Counted from the first letter of the stretch, positions 23,138 to 36,067 are shown. The stretch is DNA of 64,000 nt from Hydrolagus colliei (GCA_035084275.1 CM068758.1:2542001-2606000), one strand, 5' to 3'. A program made the numbers and translations. The notes: generated from the letters alone by a model not told the origin.

Positions 23138-23464
23138 GATAATAATGTTAATTCCTTGCATTTGATACAGCGCTTTTTACGTCTTATCGACGTACTTAAA
23201 GTGCTTCGCAGAATATAGTGTAAAGTGAATTGACTGTATGTTTGTGGGATAAACGCGGCAGCCAATTGCACACAGCTGTGTCGCACAAACAATCGTGGAT
23301 TGAAATGATCAATTTTATTATTGTGTTTTTTGGAGGGATTATTATTAGGCGTGTGGAGTAAGGAAACTTGCCCAAGGTTTCTCGCACAAGGTTTGCCTGG
23401 ATTCGAACACAGTTTCTCACGCTTGTAAGACGAGTGCTCTAACCACTGAGCTACAGGACTCCAT
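23138..23464 (-). mobile_element. tRNA-derived SINE, full length
   Basis: ...ggattcgaacac...aaccactgagctacaggactcca. Confidence 0.94.
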
Positions 23465-23667
23465 CAAATGGCTGAGATGATGCTCTGTGGAAGTTGCCTC
23501 CTCAAAGCTGTGACCCAAACAGGTTTCATTCAGTAATGACAACTCCAGGACACAATCTGTTAATCACAGGCCTGAATTCACATTTAATCGGTACAAAATT
23601 CACCTGGTCTCAGCTTGTGAATTTTATACATAAAAGTTCAAGCGAATGCAGAAATCTTGCAATTCTT

Positions 23668-23870
23668 AAACTCCTTCTAAAAAAAAATACAATAATAATT
23701 TGGTCACTCAATCCACAGCTGTTTGTGGGGATGCTGCTGTACGCAATTGGCTGCCGTGTGTGGCCCACAACTTTACAGTTAATTTACTTTACAGTATATT
23801 CTGTGAAGCGCTTTGAGACGTCTAGAAGATGTGAAAAGCGCTACAGCTATATCAAATGCAAGGACTATTC
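23668..23870 (+). mobile_element. SINE 3' half
   Basis: Body and tail match consensus. Confidence 0.88.
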
Positions 23871-24479
23871 TTTAATTCGGGAGTGACTATTCTTAAAACG
23901 AAAAAAGGGGTGGAACATTTTTCGAAATAAAGACCGAATTGTAAGATTTTTACCAACAATTCTGCGCGGTTTCAAAATCTCAAGACAAAAATTATTTTGC
24001 AAACTAAAGACTTGGTGAAATTTTGGTTCCGATCGCCACTTACTGCTCCAGACAATGCAGCTGACAGACATTTCACTCTGCCCTATTCCTTCAGGTTGGA
24101 TCTCTATAGATTTAACGAACATTGATCCACTGAGGACGACAAAGGCATATTTGAACAAATCCAGTAACAATACGATACAAGATGGCTGATTTTCCACAAA
24201 CGTTGAGAATTGTGTATTTTTTTTTCCTTTTGTTCGATTGCTACAGTACTTTAACACATACATAGACACACACAAAATTGGAAAATCCTGTTTCCAGAAG
24301 TTACGTAATAGTCCACACGTCCATCTTCAAAACTAATGTCCAGTTTCACACAATAGTGTCCAGTCTCATTTAAATACTGCCTATGAGAGACTGAACATAC
24401 TTCCCGACATGATGCAACAACAGCAACTTGTCTCTGGCTTCAGAAGGCAGTGTCCTTGTTAATAATAATCAAAATACAG

Positions 24480-24635
24480 TAATAATGATAAAATAATAAT
24501 AATCCTTGCATTTTATTTAGCGCCTTAGCACGTCCTCGCGAAGTATATTGACTGTATATTTTGTGGGCGAAACATGGCAGCCAATTATCCCAACAGCATC
24601 CCTCGGTCATGGATTGAGTGACCAAATTTATCATT
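24480..24635 (-). mobile_element. SINE 3' half with internal deletion
   Basis: aataatccttgcatt...gtgggcgaaacatggcagccaatt...ggattgagtgaccaaa. Confidence 0.8.
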
Positions 24636-25969
24636 ATTGTAGTAATGAATCCAGGCAATCCCCAGAGTTTTATGCCGCACAATATTCTATGCCTCTGGTT
24701 TTAAAACAAAGAAAAAAAAATCATTTTCTCACAGTTGATGTTATTTGGTGGGTTTGTTGTGGAAATGAATGCACTGTGTGAAATTAAGAAAGGACTTGTG
24801 ATAAACAATACTGACGGGTTTCTTTTCACTCAAGAGTATTATCTTCCCCGATGGCTGTGAAATCAGTCCAAAAAATCAGTCTCGTCTGTAAAGAGAGTTA
24901 CAGAAACTAGAAATTGATTGGCGATTTTAATTAAATGCCACAATATTTTCCCCCAATTAAGGGAGAGCTAAAAAAAAACACATCACATCGATTGAGAAAA
25001 GGAGAGTGGATTAGAAAAAGAGAGAGGCGTTCTTTGATAGAAATATATTTGTTTCCTGTTCAGGCCATGCCCTCTCCAAACTTGAACAAAACACTAATTT
25101 CGTCCACCTTGTTCTCACCGCCCACTTTTGTTCTTTTCTGCCCAGTCATCTGTAAGAGAAGGTGGCTTCGCCTGCAATGCTAGACATGTATTGAACCTCT
25201 GAGTCCCATCCTTAGATTGCTGCACAGAAATCACAGCAAATTGCTCCGTTGGTCAGACTTGAGCCATTTCCACTTTGCAAACTGCTGGCTCTGCACTTTT
25301 CACAAATACATTCACTAAAAGTCAATTTCAGCTCTTGCCAGCAAAGGCAGGTGCACAGATTGGTTTAAGTGTAGTGGAATGAATGAGCGAAGAGGTCGTA
25401 ACAAGGTCTTAAAAATTCAAACTATCAAATTCAAGCTTTTGTCATCTCTATTAAAGCTCTGGTGTTTACAATACAGGAAGCACCACTTTACATTTCAATA
25501 CAAAGAAAACCGACAGATTATTGCAAGCAACTGGCAAAATAAATAGACTGGAAAATGTACAGAGTTTTTTTTTTGATCAGGTTATCCGAATATGATTCAG
25601 CCGTTAAGAACATCTGAAGGGTCCGTTGCTTGCTGTTATCATTTTTCTTTAAAGCAACGTCGGGAACTCTCAACGCATCCCTCTCCCCGCCTCCCACCCA
25701 CCCACCGTACAAAAGCTTAGCAATTATTTATCCACAGTCACACGTCTTGTCCTATTCACTCCGTTTAGGACGGTTACACTTTGAGCTTTGCATCTGGTCC
25801 CGTATTAACAGATCAATATGAATCGCCAGCCTGGATTTAACCAAAGAAAACTATCAGTCCTTGCCTTGTTAAGTTAATTTACTACTCCCAGGCACAAGAA
25901 CTAACCGAAACAGAAAGAACCCTGTGTGTTAAACTACCATCAACAACAACCACAACAAGTTGGACTTAT

Positions 25970-26282
25970 AATAATGATAATCTTTGCATTGATATAGCGC
26001 TTTTCATGTCTTCTCGATGTCCCAAAGCACTTCACAGAATATATGGGAATATAAATGGACTATATATTTGTGGGTGAAACGCGGCAGCCAATTGCTCACA
26101 GCAGTGTCCCCGCAAACATTCGTGGGTTCAAGTGACCAATTTATTCTTTTCTTTTCTTGAGGGATTATTATCAGGCGTGTGGAGCAAGGAAATTTGCGCA
26201 AGATTTCGCCCTGACCAGCCTGGAATCAAACCCAGGTCTCTCGCTTGTAAGGCGAGTGCTCCAACCACTGAGCTACAGGAAT
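25970..26282 (-). mobile_element. tRNA-derived SINE, full length
   Basis: Tail to ccactgagctacagga. Confidence 0.92.
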
Positions 26283-26789
26283 CTAGCATCTCAGAGGAAG
26301 AGGAGGGTTTTCTGGTCAGAGAATGCACTGCGCATTTGAATTGTGGTGTCCAAAATCCTACCAGCAATTACAAATAAGTACAAATAATTACACATTCTAA
26401 TAATAATCCTTGCACAATATCGTCTCGGAGACGTCTCAAATGGCTTCAGTTCAAGCGACGACCGGTAGTTCCATGCTCAGTTGCCCCGATACAAGTTGCT
26501 CTCTGTACCCAGCTGCCCAGTTGGTGTCAGGCAGAACAAACGGCGCTGAGTCTCAGGTCTCCTAATAAACATCGACATCGAACAAGCTGCACTGTGGCAC
26601 TTTTATAAATATTGATGTGACGATCTTGCCACAGAGTGTGTTCAAAGGGATGTTTATTGAAAAAAAAACGATGAACCCAGCAGACAAAAAAAATCCTGTA
26701 CTTCAAACTGATCAATATTCTTCATTGTTTACGAGTGATCAGTGAGATCTTTTGACGTACTTGGGTCCTGCACAAATCCAGGGGCCACA

Positions 26790-26906
26790 AGTTTCACCCA
26801 CAAACCGTACAGTCAACCCACTTTACAGTATATTCCGTGAAGCGCTTTGAGACGTCTAGAGGGCGTGAAAAGCGCCAAATCAAATGCAAGGATTATTATT
26901 ATTATT
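26790..26906 (+). mobile_element. SINE tail fragment
   Basis: gtgaagcgctttgagacgtctagagggcgtgaaaagcgc...ggattattatt. Confidence 0.87.
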
Positions 26907-26959
26907 CTTTACCTGAGTGTTTGGGAAACGGATGGACACCGTTAATTACCGATAAAACA

Positions 26960-27212
26960 CAAAGCAAAAATTCAACTTTATACAGTGCCATTCATGTCGG
27001 GAGACATCCCAAGGCTCTGGGCGGTCAGGGATTTTGATCCGAACTGTGGGTCGGAGTAGGGGAGGGTTGGGTGGCATGGAAGGTGGTCAAAGGCTCAGTC
27101 GAAGCGGAGGGTTTCAAGATGCACCTTGAAGGAGGCAAGAGAGGGAGCGAGGCGAAGGGGTGGGGGGGGATGGACTTCCATATGGTGGGTGCGGGCAGAG
27201 AGGCTGAAGGCT
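26960..27212 (-). mobile_element. L2 LINE 3' fragment
   Basis: ccttgaaggaggcaagagagggagcgaggcgaagggg...gacttcca...gagaggctgaagg, reverse complement of the RT C-terminus, plus tail. Confidence 0.8.
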
Positions 27213-28869
27213 GTGCGGCTGAGGAACTATTCAGCAATGGTCTCCGTTCATGCCATGTAAAACCGGCGCCAATTTTTTTTCACGTCAATGGTTCAACGAC
27301 TAATTGAAAGTCTGACTGTCAAGGGATTAGCCACTAACCAGCTATCACCTCCGAACTGGTTCAATTTGATCGTTTGCACAAAACGCACCTCCAATAACAC
27401 ATCGACAGCCAATACATCCATAATTGATAGTTATCTGAGGCAGAAGCTTGCGGTGGACTTGACCTCTCACTTTTGCAACACCAAATAGGCCGTGCATTCA
27501 ACAGCAAACCGTACATGCTGAACGGCTGTGAGCAGGAAAATCCCAGCTCGCAAACTTTCACTCCTGTTGGCACAGGCTATTTGTCTGTCGGTGACATTGG
27601 TTACCTATCAACTCAATGTTGCAGGTTCCCAGGGCACCATTTTTGGTGATGTTCAAGCCTGCTTTGACTCTGACCACAATGACTTCTCCTCTCGGGTTCC
27701 CAACCCGCCACACAATGACGTGCTTCAGGATGTTTTTTCTACTTGAAGCGATTTGCAGCAACGACAATAAGACCAGCCCGTCTCCATGAGCGGCCCCCGA
27801 CTGATCCACAATAATGAAAATACCTGTAAATTAATCCAAATTCTTAAGCCATTCTCAGGCATCAGCATTAGCTCGGACATTGGCAACCAATAACCTGAAT
27901 TTGACTACAATCCCGATTGTATTGCAAACAATTTTCAGCTTCCAATATCCTCTTTAGAACACTGTACACACAGGACAGTGTTAAAAATATATATTACCAT
28001 GGATTGTTTCTCACTGAACTCTACCTCGATGCCACATAAGACTTGCACACATCTCAATTTTCCAGCCGCCATAATAGTGTCAAGTTTTGAATGATCCACT
28101 CCGTGATTCAGAGGAACTGGGTGTTTTGTGGATAATGTGATGCAGATGTCAGCATTATAAAATCAGGGAGAAAAAGGTGAACATGAAACATAAAATGCAC
28201 CATCATTTGCTTGTAACGCTTAAAAAAAAGGGCCAAATTAGTCTTTACCAATGGCTTTAGGTACATTGCTAATCAGCCTTCAAAACCTCGTGTGGTATTT
28301 CGCCTGATTTTCATTACGTTCTTACGTTAAAAAAAAGTAAACTTTCACATTGCCCTCCAGGGTTTGATTCTTGTCCTGCCGTCGATTACAAGGAATTGAC
28401 ATTGAATGGAGTTTCTCACTCTGAACAATAAGGCGTCTCTTTCGGACTTTGCCTCCGTGTTTGTATTTCATTGTTGAACTTCGTTAGAAGAACTAACATT
28501 GACTCGGTTGACAGGAAGGCTTTCAAAGTCACCGGGAGCGAATGTGGCTGACTGGTGTGAATTATTGATCTGTCCCATCCACCCAGATGTTACCAATGCT
28601 TGCGGGCAGACCCAAAGTACACAGATATTGTGTGTACGTTCTCTTTGCTCAAGTTCCATCCGAGGCAGGAATAAGATCCTCAAGGTGGCACATGTCCAAT
28701 TTATTTGAAGAGTCAGTATAGACTTCTTTCTTCTATATATTTACTTAATTATTTTCTGTTCAGGGGATGGGAAAGGGAGCTGTCTGTCTCCAGTCTGCCT
28801 GTTCACAAAGCGAATGCGAATGCTGAGATAGACCTGGGGCACTGGATTGAGGTTCAATCCTGCGCATTT

Positions 28870-29057
28870 GCTCGCCTTACCTTACGTAACATATACAGTC
28901 GATCGACTTTACAGATGTTCTCGATGACGTGATAAGGCACCGTATCAACAACAACAACAACAACAACAACAACAAAATTACACTTGTGTGTAGCGCCTTT
29001 CACATCCAGGAGGAGGTCCCAAACGCAAGGGTTATTATTATTTATTATGATTATTAT
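28870..29057 (+). mobile_element. SINE tail split by an inverted L2 tail
   Basis: gataaggcaccgtatcaa | (caa)n aaattacacttgtgtgtagcgcctttcac...ggtccc | aaacgcaagggttattatt. Confidence 0.75.
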
Positions 29058-29371
29058 ATCAGCGTTCCCTTCTTTACGACACTAAAGTTGTCTCCTTCCA
29101 ATGACAGTGACTAAGTATTCAGTTCCGGGGAAACGGTTTCATTGCAATGATTTTTGACAAATGACCTGAACCACGTCAACCAGAAAGCCTCAGTCCCATT
29201 AAATCCCCTGAAGCACGGGAAGCTCAATCATTTTGAGCAACACGGCAGGCTTGGGCGACGACCACATTCTGTCACTTTCAACGCAGCATCCGTTCCATGT
29301 CAGCCCCCATTACTTTTCGCACCTCTGTATATGCTAAGCAGATGGAGCAAATGGCTAGGATAAGCTATATT

Positions 29372-29440
29372 CTCTTTCTCTCTCTCTTCTTTCTTTCTCT
29401 CTCTCTCACTCTCTCTCTCTCGCTCTCAGTCTGTCTGTCG
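29372..29440. repeat. (CT)n-rich pyrimidine tract
   Basis: Read directly from sequence. Confidence 0.9.
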
Positions 29441-29759
29441 CCCTCCCAAATGTGTTATGACGTAATCACAAGAGCAATTTACGGTTTCCTACCCTCCTGA
29501 GCAATGGGAGTTGATACTGAAATGTATCTGAGGTTGGAAAATATCCAGGGCTTTGCATTTTAGAGAAATGCTGCATTAATATGAATAATAAATTGCTGCT
29601 CGCGATTTGTTTTTTTTTTACTTCAGTCGCATTGTCTCTCCGCAGGAGCACACCGGGGGCTCCAGAATGTTCCGCAAGATTTAGGAAGTGGATTGAATAG
29701 ATTGAATAGACTCCTCCATTGGCTCACAGTGTGAAAGGAGACCGTCCAGAGACAGATGG

Positions 29760-29866
29760 AGCTGCACAGAGCAGGTGGAAGAGGAAGGTCCTCAGATGCG
29801 TGACCTGAAGTTGAGGAAGGAAGGGGGAGGAAGAGAGCTCCAGAGTTTCGGGACTCGGTGGTTGAA
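29760..29866 (-). mobile_element. Decayed L2 RT C-terminal fragment
   Basis: Minus strand reads FNHRVPKLWSSLP..., homologous to AFS..AP.LWN.LP. Confidence 0.55.
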
Positions 29867-30188
29867 ATAATATAATCCTTGCGTTTGATACAGCGCTTTT
29901 CACATCTTATCGACGTCTCAAAGCGCTTCACAGAATACACCGTAAAGTGAATTGACTGTATATTTGCGGACAAAACGTGGCAGCCAATTACGCACAGCAG
30001 TGTCCCCACAAACAGTTGCGGATTGAAAGTTGCCCAATTTTTATTATTGTGTGTGTTTTTTGGACGGATGATCATCAGGCGTGTGTGTGTGTGTGGGTGT
30101 GTGGGTGTGTGGGTGTGGGTAGGTGTGGGTGTGTGTGTGGTTGGAGTAAGGGAGCCCAAGGTTTCGCCCTGACCCGCCTGGATTCGAC
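29866..30188 (-). mobile_element. SINE truncated at the B box, with expanded internal (CA)/(CAC) repeat
   Basis: Body matches consensus; 30080-30142 is a TG-rich expansion at the ctccacacgcc site. Confidence 0.9.
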
Positions 30189-31149
30189 GAACACGGTGCC
30201 GACGAACTCAACCGATTCAGCGGAGGAGGCAATCCGAGCGTAAAAAAGGGGGGAGATGCGGGTTTCACATGGAGCGTCACATTCGGGAAGACCGGCTCCT
30301 CTCTATCAGGGTTGCACATGACAGCAGTGGGCGTTGCGAGGTCGGGGGGGGGCAGCTTTACTTAGCAACTTTAACTGCAGTATTAATGAGCTCCTGCAGA
30401 CAGTTCGCTTCAATTTGCACTGCCTTCGTAACCCCTGGAATGATGATCAGTGATCTGCTGCTGGGTCATCGTCTACTAATGAGCCACCAAAGTGTGATAT
30501 CCTTCCTACACCTGTGACAGGCCACAGTTTGCACTGAATACCATTTGGATTCCCTCCGTCTCCTATCGATGCTTTGGCTTCAATGTTCTTCAGTAAACGT
30601 ACGGTGATTTGTATAGTTGGGATAATATCAGGAGGGCGTTGCCAAAGGCAAGTGAAACCACCCCCCCCCCCCCCAATAATTTGGGTTCTTTTTCGTTTGG
30701 GAGGCAAAAACGACAATAACAACAATAACAACAAAGACAAAGTTTGCCTCCCCCCCCAAAAAAAAACACAGTCACTCCACTTTACATCCTCCCTATGTGA
30801 AAGGCACTGTCACAAATGTAAATGTTATTATAGATGTGCAAATTGCTGTGCACAATCAGCTGCCGCGTTTCGCCCACGGAAATATACAGTCAAATCTCTT
30901 TATGGTATTTGCCCCCTAATCTTGGAAACGTTAGGTGTGGATTAGCAAGCGCCAAGCCTTAATAATAGTCACACGATTCCTATAGTTCATCTGAAATCAA
31001 AGCTGCGCTTAGTGACTATGATGAACGAGGCCATTCATTGAAACACACCCGGGTGAGGTGACAGTCTTACTATTTTGTTGGTAAGCCACTCTCACCCTAG
31101 TCAACCCGTTAACAAAGTATTCCAAAGTGTTATCCGATGGTTTGATCAA

Positions 31150-31375
31150 CAAAGGAGAGAGAAGGCAGGGAAACAGAATTGAGTTCTAGATCAGCAATAA
31201 TCTTTGCACAAAGGTAGAGCATGCTCTACTGGCCAAATAGTAATCATAATAATACTGTAATAATCTTTACATCACGAGGTCTCGAGACGTCTCAAAGCGC
31301 TTCACAGAATATACTGTAAAGTGATCTTGACTGTATATTTTGTGGGCACAATGGCCTCGTCCCTGTTCCTAAATA
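31150..31375 (+). mobile_element. CR1 3' end split by a minus-strand SINE tail (31239-31348)
   Basis: ...ggtagagcatgctctactggccaaat | SINE | aatggcctcgtccctgttcct. Confidence 0.65.
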
Positions 31376-31927
31376 AAAATCCACCTTCCCGTTCCCTTGA
31401 GTGCTGCTCGTCAAAGCCTTTCACGTGCCCTGCGTGAATGTTACAAAGGAATGATGGAATAATAAAGGGTGAACATCACAGAATGCCGGTCGGTTTCTCA
31501 GCCGCTGCAAATTGATGTTGGTGAACTTCCAGTGAGGAAATTCAAGCAGAGAATCCAATCTGGGGACCAGTGAGCTGCGTGAAGCCTCTTCGCTTCCTAA
31601 AGATTTTTCATTCTCACGAAAGAGAATTAATGTTTTCGAGCAGACGCCGCCTCGGAAACTCGCAATGAAAAGGGCACGGATTTTAATATTTTAATTGTAT
31701 TTTGGAAATGAGGTGGTCAGGACAGCAGGAACGCTTCTCCCCTCTACAGACAGCGTTGGCCAAATCCCTCGAAGCAGAGGCAGGGATTTTTCTCAAGGAT
31801 TTTGGCTCCTGTTAGTCCTAATAGGTAGCGTGGTCCTATTTGGACATGTAGTGGGAAGTTTGCCAGTCACTGCTTTCAATGTCAAGCTATGCAGTTTTAG
31901 CTTTTTAGACGCCAGCAATCACCCAAC

Positions 31928-32146
31928 GCAAGTTTCCCTACCCCACACGCCTCTGTTTACCTAGCAGTAACCAGTTGTTAGTCGATCGGTGGATCGCTTT
32001 TCCGCGGATAAGAATCCCGGAAAAAAAAATCGTAATAAATCGGTTACTCAGACCATGACTGTTTGTGGAGACACTACTGTGCACAATTGGCTGCTTCGTT
32101 TTGTCCACAAATATACAGCCAATTCGCTTGACAGTTTACTCTGTAT
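31928..32146 (+). mobile_element. Long-form SINE fragment with extra central segment
   Basis: caagtttccctaccccacacgcctctgtttacctagcagtaacc...ggtggatcgcttttccgcggataagaatccc... Confidence 0.82.
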
Positions 32147-32209
32147 TGAAAGGCGAAAACTGAGTTTGAAAACCTGACAGCGAGGGCAAAGCAGGACGGT
32201 GCCCGAAGG

Positions 32210-32490
32210 CACGTTTGAAAAAGGAAGGTCTTGAGACCGGCCTTGAAAGAGGCAAGGGAGAGAGGGAGCAAGGAAGGCAAAGGGATTGTGGAGTGGAATT
32301 CCAGGAGTGTGGGGGCAGAGAGGCTGAAAGCCCGGCCTCCGACGGTAGGGTGGGTCGGGCGGGAGACATGGAGCAGGATGGAGCCCGCCACACGGAAGGA
32401 GCGGACAGGTTGATAGGGGGGGGGGGGGTCAGTAGGTCAGAGAGGTAGGAGGGGGCAACCGTGGAGGGTCTTGAAGGTGAAACAGCGAGA
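32210..32490 (-). mobile_element. L2 LINE RT C-terminal fragment
   Basis: Minus-strand peptides VAPSYLSDLL, RPTHPTVGGRAFSLSAPTL, SLASFKAGLKTFLF. Confidence 0.9.
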
Positions 32491-33114
32491 CACAAGACTC
32501 AAAAGGCCAGATGCACATGAGCAAACGCAGCTTCCGACCGTTCGGATGTTGATCCGAGTCGACGGCTGAGATGAAAACCGCGGAAAGAAATATAGCGTAG
32601 GACTGACAGCTGAGGCTACAAAAGATGAACTCTGGTTTCCCATTGGTTGTTTGTGAGTTGAAATCTGCGCACACCCAGCTGAAGGATATCAGGGCCGGGG
32701 AGTCTAACTCTGCATGCCAGCTTCAAGTAAGTATGATGTAGAATGGGTTAGAAGTGGGCTCACAATGTAATAGCTCCTCACACTCTCCTCAGCAGTGTGG
32801 CATTTGTGTTTCGCACTGACATCTCACTGACTTGCACCTGAATCGCTCCCAATTCCTTGTGTAGACAAGCTCTCTGGCTGAAGACAATGATCTTTTCGGC
32901 AGCTCCTGTAACATTTTTTTTTCTCTCTCTGAACAAACGCTAGCTAATGCTCTGTAGCTGCTGGTGACATTTGAGGAGATCCTTTGCTACTACCCAAAGA
33001 GAGAACCAGTATTCTCAGCTCTACTCTATTCATTTCATCTGCCTGTTCAGGTGGGCATTGAAAAAGAGAAGGGAGTTTTCTAACACCCCACGTTCCAGCC
33101 AAGTATCTCCCAGA

Positions 33115-33302
33115 TAAAATTGGTCACTCGCTCCGCGGCTGTTTGTGGGGCGTTGCCGTGTGGCAAAAGTGGCTGTCGGGTTTGCCTACAAGACGCCCAG
33201 TCACTAGACTTCACTATCAAGTCCCGTGAAGCGCTTTGAGATGTTCTCCCAACAAAGCTGAAAGCTGCTGCATCAAACGGAAGCATTATTGCCGTTATTA
33301 TT
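33115..33302 (+). mobile_element. Decayed SINE 3' half
   Basis: aaattggtcactc...gctgtttgtggggcgttgccgtg...gtgaagcgctttgaga. Confidence 0.72.
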
Positions 33303-36067
33303 CCAGCTTTCGCCGTCTGTTTTTTTCTCTCTCTCAAAGCTAGAAGGATAAGCGATCTCGCTCACATTTACTCAACTCGTCCGCGCGTGCCAACCCGACT
33401 GGGCCCCTGGTGTTTAAGAAGGTCAAATCCATTAGTTGCCATGTCTTGGTCTCTTCCATCCTTTGTTAGGATTCTGGTCGTTGATTCCCTCTGAGATCAA
33501 TCCGCGGGTTGATTGATTGACATCTCGCTCTGGGCTCGGAGATGCATCATGGATTTTTGAGCCGAGTTCCGCTTTTATCAAGCGAGATGACGGGCAGCTT
33601 TAGATTCCAACAGCAACCCAAAAGTAGATTTTACAACCCAAAAGTAGCCGTGCTTTACTTTGTAATTTTGTTTTTTAGTGGGAGATCAATATCATTTTAC
33701 ATTTGAGTGGCAGGCGGCAAATGAAGTTCTCAAGGAACAAAAACAAACGATGGAATCGCTTGAATTAACTAGGCCGATAGCTTGTATGCAACCTTCAAAC
33801 ACTAAATCTTATTCAGTAGCTTCTTATCTCCCTCACCTTGCGTGATTATTGTCAAGACTTACAGCAGGAGAGACCCGTGAAAAATTGCTCGATTACGCCC
33901 AGAGATTATTACCTTTCCCAAGTGATTATCCCTGGGTTCGGGTGAAGGTCATCTCCGTGATAAAGGTTTGGAATTAATTGGCCTCTTGGCCGGAGACAAA
34001 GAGCAGTGAACGATGTATAAGTGGGCAGCAATAGTGAGTACTTCAAGTGGGCAGCTTTTGGAAATGTACAGTGTACATGCTTTCAAATCCTCGAGGCCCC
34101 TGCCCTAATGGACCATGTACTTTTATTGCAGACACAAAAAACGGCAGCGCTGGACACTCCCATACTCTGATCATGTCACTCTCAATTGCGTGTCTCTTTT
34201 GTTCTTCGCTGGTGTATTCTTCAACAGCAATTCCTCTCCACCCCAAAGGTGCTCATTGATCGCGGCGAGAGAACTGAATATAAACCTAGGCCGATAAGGT
34301 AGAGGGATGAACCCAGACAGCCGATCGCCTGTAATCACAGTATGAACTGGAGATGAAAGACACAGCCGTGAAAGCCTATGTTGCTGAACAAAGTTCCAGA
34401 CATGCTTAGAGCCCTGTTTCAGCCTCACTTATGATCTCTCTCCTAGCCTCCGCAGTTAACGTGTAACCTAATAATTGCGCCATAACTCATTCAGGCTCAG
34501 CCTTACTTCATTCTCCATCGGCAGAGGCTGAACCCGGGCAGCGTCAGGTAACCCACAATTGCCATTAAACGTAATTCATTCGAAGCCATTTACATTCTCT
34601 TTGTTCAATCGCGGTTGCACTCTGCAACCGGTTTTCCGTGAATGGAGATCGACTGTTTTTTCACTCCCCCCCCCAAAAAAAAATCGGGGGAGGGGGGGGG
34701 GGGGGGGGGAGGGGGTCGGCCGACAAAAAGGTTTCGCTCTTCAGCGATAGCAGAAATCGCCGCAAACCCAGGTTAAAAAAAATAATAAAAAAGAGCATTG
34801 AGAAGTGTGCGGTCTTGATCTGTGTGCACAAAGCATTTCGATGGATTTTTTTTTCCCACCCGCTCGCTTTCCCTCCCAGCCCCCCCCCCCCACCCCCCCA
34901 CCCACCCCTTTTAGCAAATGATTGCTTCGAATGGATCCATGCTGCACCCTGCTGGTTTGAAAACGGAAAATACCCAGTCCGTGTGTTTTTTTCTCAAACA
35001 ACCGGCTGAATCGACCGCACTCGAAAATTAAATTAATTTATTAAGCATCCTCACTTACTGTAATGCAAAATCCACTTTGCAAATTGCTTTTTGCTCCATG
35101 TGAAAATAGCTGGGATACTATTAGTAGCATTACGATGATTAATACTTTAGCCATTAATCTTTCCATTCCATAATACATGATGTGCAAGCAAGCACCTTCC
35201 TCGCTTCTTTTTGGGTGGGGGAATGTGGGAATGTGGGGGGTGGGGGGGCAGGGGTTAGAGTTGGGGCATAAGCTCGATGGGACATTGCTTCTGGCTGGCA
35301 ACTAGCCAGCAGGAAGCAGGAAATCCAACAGGGCGAGTTGGATGATGTCAGCCTATTCAACCATCCAGTTTCTCAAGCCTGTTCCGCTTTCTGTGCGATA
35401 GTCCAGCGCGATGTATATGTCCTCAAGTGATTTGGCTGAGTGTAAGTGACAGGTAACTCTAAGAGTCAAAGATGTGACCTTCTCGAAGATTTTCTACCCC
35501 CCCCACCACCCCACAAACACGGGACTCGCTTACTGTAACCGCAAAGTCTCGTCTTACGGAAAACTGCAAATGAGACAAAGCACCTCACGAACGGCATTCT
35601 GTTCATCGTTCATTCAGCAATTCGACCCAGGCAAAAATCAATAGGAAACACTTCAAATTATTGCGCATAAAAAGTGATGAATTAGACATATAGACATATA
35701 TATAGATTGCCCTCCTATCTCTTGGCAAAGTTTGCCACTGGAGTTTCCTTTGCCCGGCTAGCAACATTTCACCCCGAACCCCCTTCTTGCTGAGCAGCAT
35801 TTAATGATGGTGATCCCAAATTCTGCATTGTCCAACGAAATACATAGATTTCGTCGGTAGAGCCGGGATGTCGGGAGGACGTCCCCAAGGCGCTGGAGAG
35901 ACTGAAGAGGGAATAAATTAATTGTATCTGTTGGAAATCTTCACTCGGATTCACTATGAGGCTATTAGCTGTTTAATATATCAGGATGCTTCACGTACAA
36001 GAATGCTGTAATATAGTCTACGCTCGTCTAGAGATGAGCGCAAAACCCATTGACAATCAAGGAGCAT

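Noticed and set aside
23865-24275. 136-aa minus-strand ORF in unique sequence
   Set aside because: No recognisable domain and no clear exon boundaries; this length is plausible by chance in 64 kb
29610-29735. Strong-looking splice acceptor (tctctccgcag|gag) as exon start
   Set aside because: The two frames I translated hit stops within about 30 codons, there is no recognisable peptide, and downstream is a decayed L2 fragment
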